A stretch of 61,249 bases of DNA, from the IMG/VR virus record IMGVR_UViG_3300050821_004166, positions 1 to 61,249 of that record; one strand, 5' to 3'. A program made the translations under genes and the position numbers. The stretch's first letter is position 1, and every line of letters begins with the position of its first letter. Source of the DNA: a virus. The notes under the pieces are model-generated. The model was not told the origin of the DNA. It saw nothing but the letters and a program-made list of their open reading frames with translations, and did not search any database. Positions 59,883 to 61,249 of this stretch are shown piece after piece.

Positions 59883-60563
59883 ATGAGCTTGAGACTGTTA
59901 GACCTGTTTTGCGGGCGGTGGGGTTGGTCGAGGGCGTTTGCCGCGCGAAATTGGGAATGCGACGGCATCGACTTGGTTTCTTCTCCGCTTCCTGCTGCCA
60001 ATGCTCACTTTACATGCGCCGACGTTTTGGATTTAACTGTGGCAATCGTGAAGCGATTCGAGCCTGACTTCATCGTGGCATCGCCGCCATGCGATGAATT
60101 CGCCTGCTTTCAAATGAAGCACTTCCGCAAAGACCCTCCTTACCCGATGAAGGGGATTGAACTCTTCAATCACACACGGGCACTTTGCGAGTTGTCTGGA
60201 ATTCCGCATGTAATTGAAAACGTAAGAGCCGCCCAGGAGTTCGTCGGGAAAGCAGATGGACACGCCGGGAGTTTTTATCTGTGGGGTAATGCGGTGCCGC
60301 CGATCCTGCCTAGAGTCTACAAGGCAAAATGGACAGCGAATGTGCGTCACGGTCGGACAGCGCCAGGTAACTTCGCACCGGAACTTAATCTGCCAAAGAG
60401 TGAGCGTAAACCTTTGCTGGCGGTGATTCCTCTTGAGCTAGCCAACTGCGTAGCCGATTATGCCGAGAGGATTCTTGAGCAGAAAGCACGAGCACGAAGT
60501 ACTGAAGCGGTAAGCCTCGATCGACCGGGCAAGAGCGATTCGTTGCCGGGAGGGACATCGTGA
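59883..60563 (+). CDS. Small DNA cytosine-C5 methyltransferase-like protein
   Basis: LLDLFCGRWGW (motif I, degenerate), ASPPCDEF (motif IV, PC), VIENV (motif VI). Confidence 0.6.
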   Translation: MSLRLLDLFCGRWGWSRAFAARNWECDGIDLVSSPLPAANAHFTCADVLDLTVAIVKRFEPDFIVASPPCDEFACFQMKHFRKDPPYPMKGIELFNHTRALCELSGIPHVIENVRAAQEFVGKADGHAGSFYLWGNAVPPILPRVYKAKWTANVRHGRTAPGNFAPELNLPKSERKPLLAVIPLELANCVADYAERILEQKARARSTEAVSLDRPGKSDSLPGGTS

Positions 60564-60796
60564 GAGACAGAACGCAACAAGAAATTGAGGAGATGGAGAC
60601 CGCTTTGGATTTACAACGTGACGAACAGGAGAAAAAAGATGCTGCCAGTATGCCCGAAGTGCGGAAGACAGATACCGCTGCTTTGCACGAAGTGCCCGAC
60701 ATGCAAGACGAGGTAGAGTTTTTCTCGCGTGGCGAAGAAGAAGCCCTGTCTGCCGAGGCTGATTACTGGGAAGGCAAGCTAAGAGGAGATGCGTGA
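60560..60796 (+). CDS. Acidic hypothetical protein
   Basis: GTGA overlap with the upstream gene; 78 aa. Confidence 0.4.
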   Translation: MRDRTQQEIEEMETALDLQRDEQEKKDAASMPEVRKTDTAALHEVPDMQDEVEFFSRGEEEALSAEADYWEGKLRGDA

Positions 60797-61023
60797 TGAA
60801 TCACCTTTACAAAGTGGAGTTTGAGGTCAAGTACTCAGGAATCAGCGAATGGATAGGCGATGAGACGGTTCATGTGATTGCTAACGGAGATGGGATGAAG
60901 GCTATCGCCAAGGCTCGTAAGATTGCGCTGAAAAAGGAATTTATCGACGGAGACGGGTCGGAGCGATGGGCAACCAACGTTCGCGTGGTGGGTTTGAAGC
61001 AATTACAGCAAATCGACGCCTGA
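60793..61023 (+). CDS. Hypothetical protein
   Basis: GTGATG overlap with the upstream gene; 76 aa. Confidence 0.4.
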   Translation: MMNHLYKVEFEVKYSGISEWIGDETVHVIANGDGMKAIAKARKIALKKEFIDGDGSERWATNVRVVGLKQLQQIDA

Positions 61024-61076
61024 TCCGTGCGGTAGCCATGGCAGTTGACGCAGCAGTTACAAGGACGGGGGCCAGC

Positions 61077-61249
61077 ATGGATGAGCAAATTCGCAGGGAT
61101 GAAGCACAAGTTATGTTTGATATTTTCGAGAACTGGCCTACTACGGCTTCTACTCGCAGAGCGATGCAACAGCACATCCTGGGGCTTCAAATTAAGCTAG
61201 ATGCTGCCATTGCCGCCGCCCAGCCCGTCCCGGCAGAGGGGGCGCAGGC
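61077..61249 (+). CDS. N-terminal part of the junction-spanning gene (continues at 98..335)
   Basis: ATG 61077 is in frame with ATG 61164, which is the repeat-copy equivalent of position 12: MDEQIRRDEAQVMFDIFENWPTTASTRRAMQQ... Confidence 0.5.
   Translation, partial: MDEQIRRDEAQVMFDIFENWPTTASTRRAMQQHILGLQIKLDAAIAAAQPVPAEGAQ
61153..61249. repeat. Terminal direct repeat, copy 2
   Basis: Identical to 1-97. Confidence 0.95.

Noticed and set aside
476-61190. Numerous minus-strand ORFs in the six-frame track, for example 2967-3827, 9716-10564, 14772-15569, 16060-16815, 34967-35791, 45723-46400.
   Set aside because: Every one lies antisense to a better-supported + strand gene. They are Arg/Ser/Pro-rich as expected for shadow frames in GC-rich DNA, lack SD sequences and break the tight + strand gene packing. 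I treat them as non-coding.

Overview
The window looks like a complete, circularly closed dsDNA phage genome. Positions 1-97 are identical to 61153-61249, which gives about 61,152 unique bp, and one gene spans the junction. Every credible gene is on the + strand, and genes are tightly packed with many ATGA/GTGA/TGATG start-stop overlaps. I recognised no rRNA, tRNA, CRISPR array, integrase, DNA polymerase or RNA polymerase.

The layout resembles a T7-like podovirus:
- Packaging: the large terminase is split into an ATPase ORF and a nuclease ORF, with a radical-SAM gene and a Zn-ribbon gene between them.
- Structural genes: portal, scaffold, HK97-type major capsid protein, an adaptor/nozzle pair, then a block of internal (ejected) core proteins.
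- Sugar-modification genes embedded in the structural module: two glycosyltransferases, an SDR epimerase/dehydratase and a SAM methyltransferase. Next to them are four Ser/Thr/Gly/Asn-rich proteins with signal-peptide-like N-termini.
- Core-protein block: four small Gly/Pro-rich proteins that all begin Met-Cys, a deoxyhypusine-synthase-like enzyme, and a roughly 4,260-aa polyvalent protein carrying an N6-adenine methyltransferase and an SNF2/DEAD helicase (P1 DarB-like).
- Early region (40.3-61 kb): an XRE regulator with an apparently leaderless promoter, a Gp157-like recombination protein, several wHTH and Zn-ribbon proteins, a PD-(D/E)XK-like nuclease, RNase H, an HNH endonuclease and two stand-alone DNA methyltransferases.

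Non-coding signals:
- a five-member promoter family, TTGACAtTrCAG-N13-TAGACT;
- a second conserved 18-30-nt element present twice;
- twin GGTATAATC boxes;
- (C/A)TGTGGA iterons;
- a 46-bp perfect direct repeat bracketing the 18-kb early module.

Two genes appear frame-disrupted at homopolymer runs. Functional calls rest on motifs read by eye and on gene order. No database search was possible.
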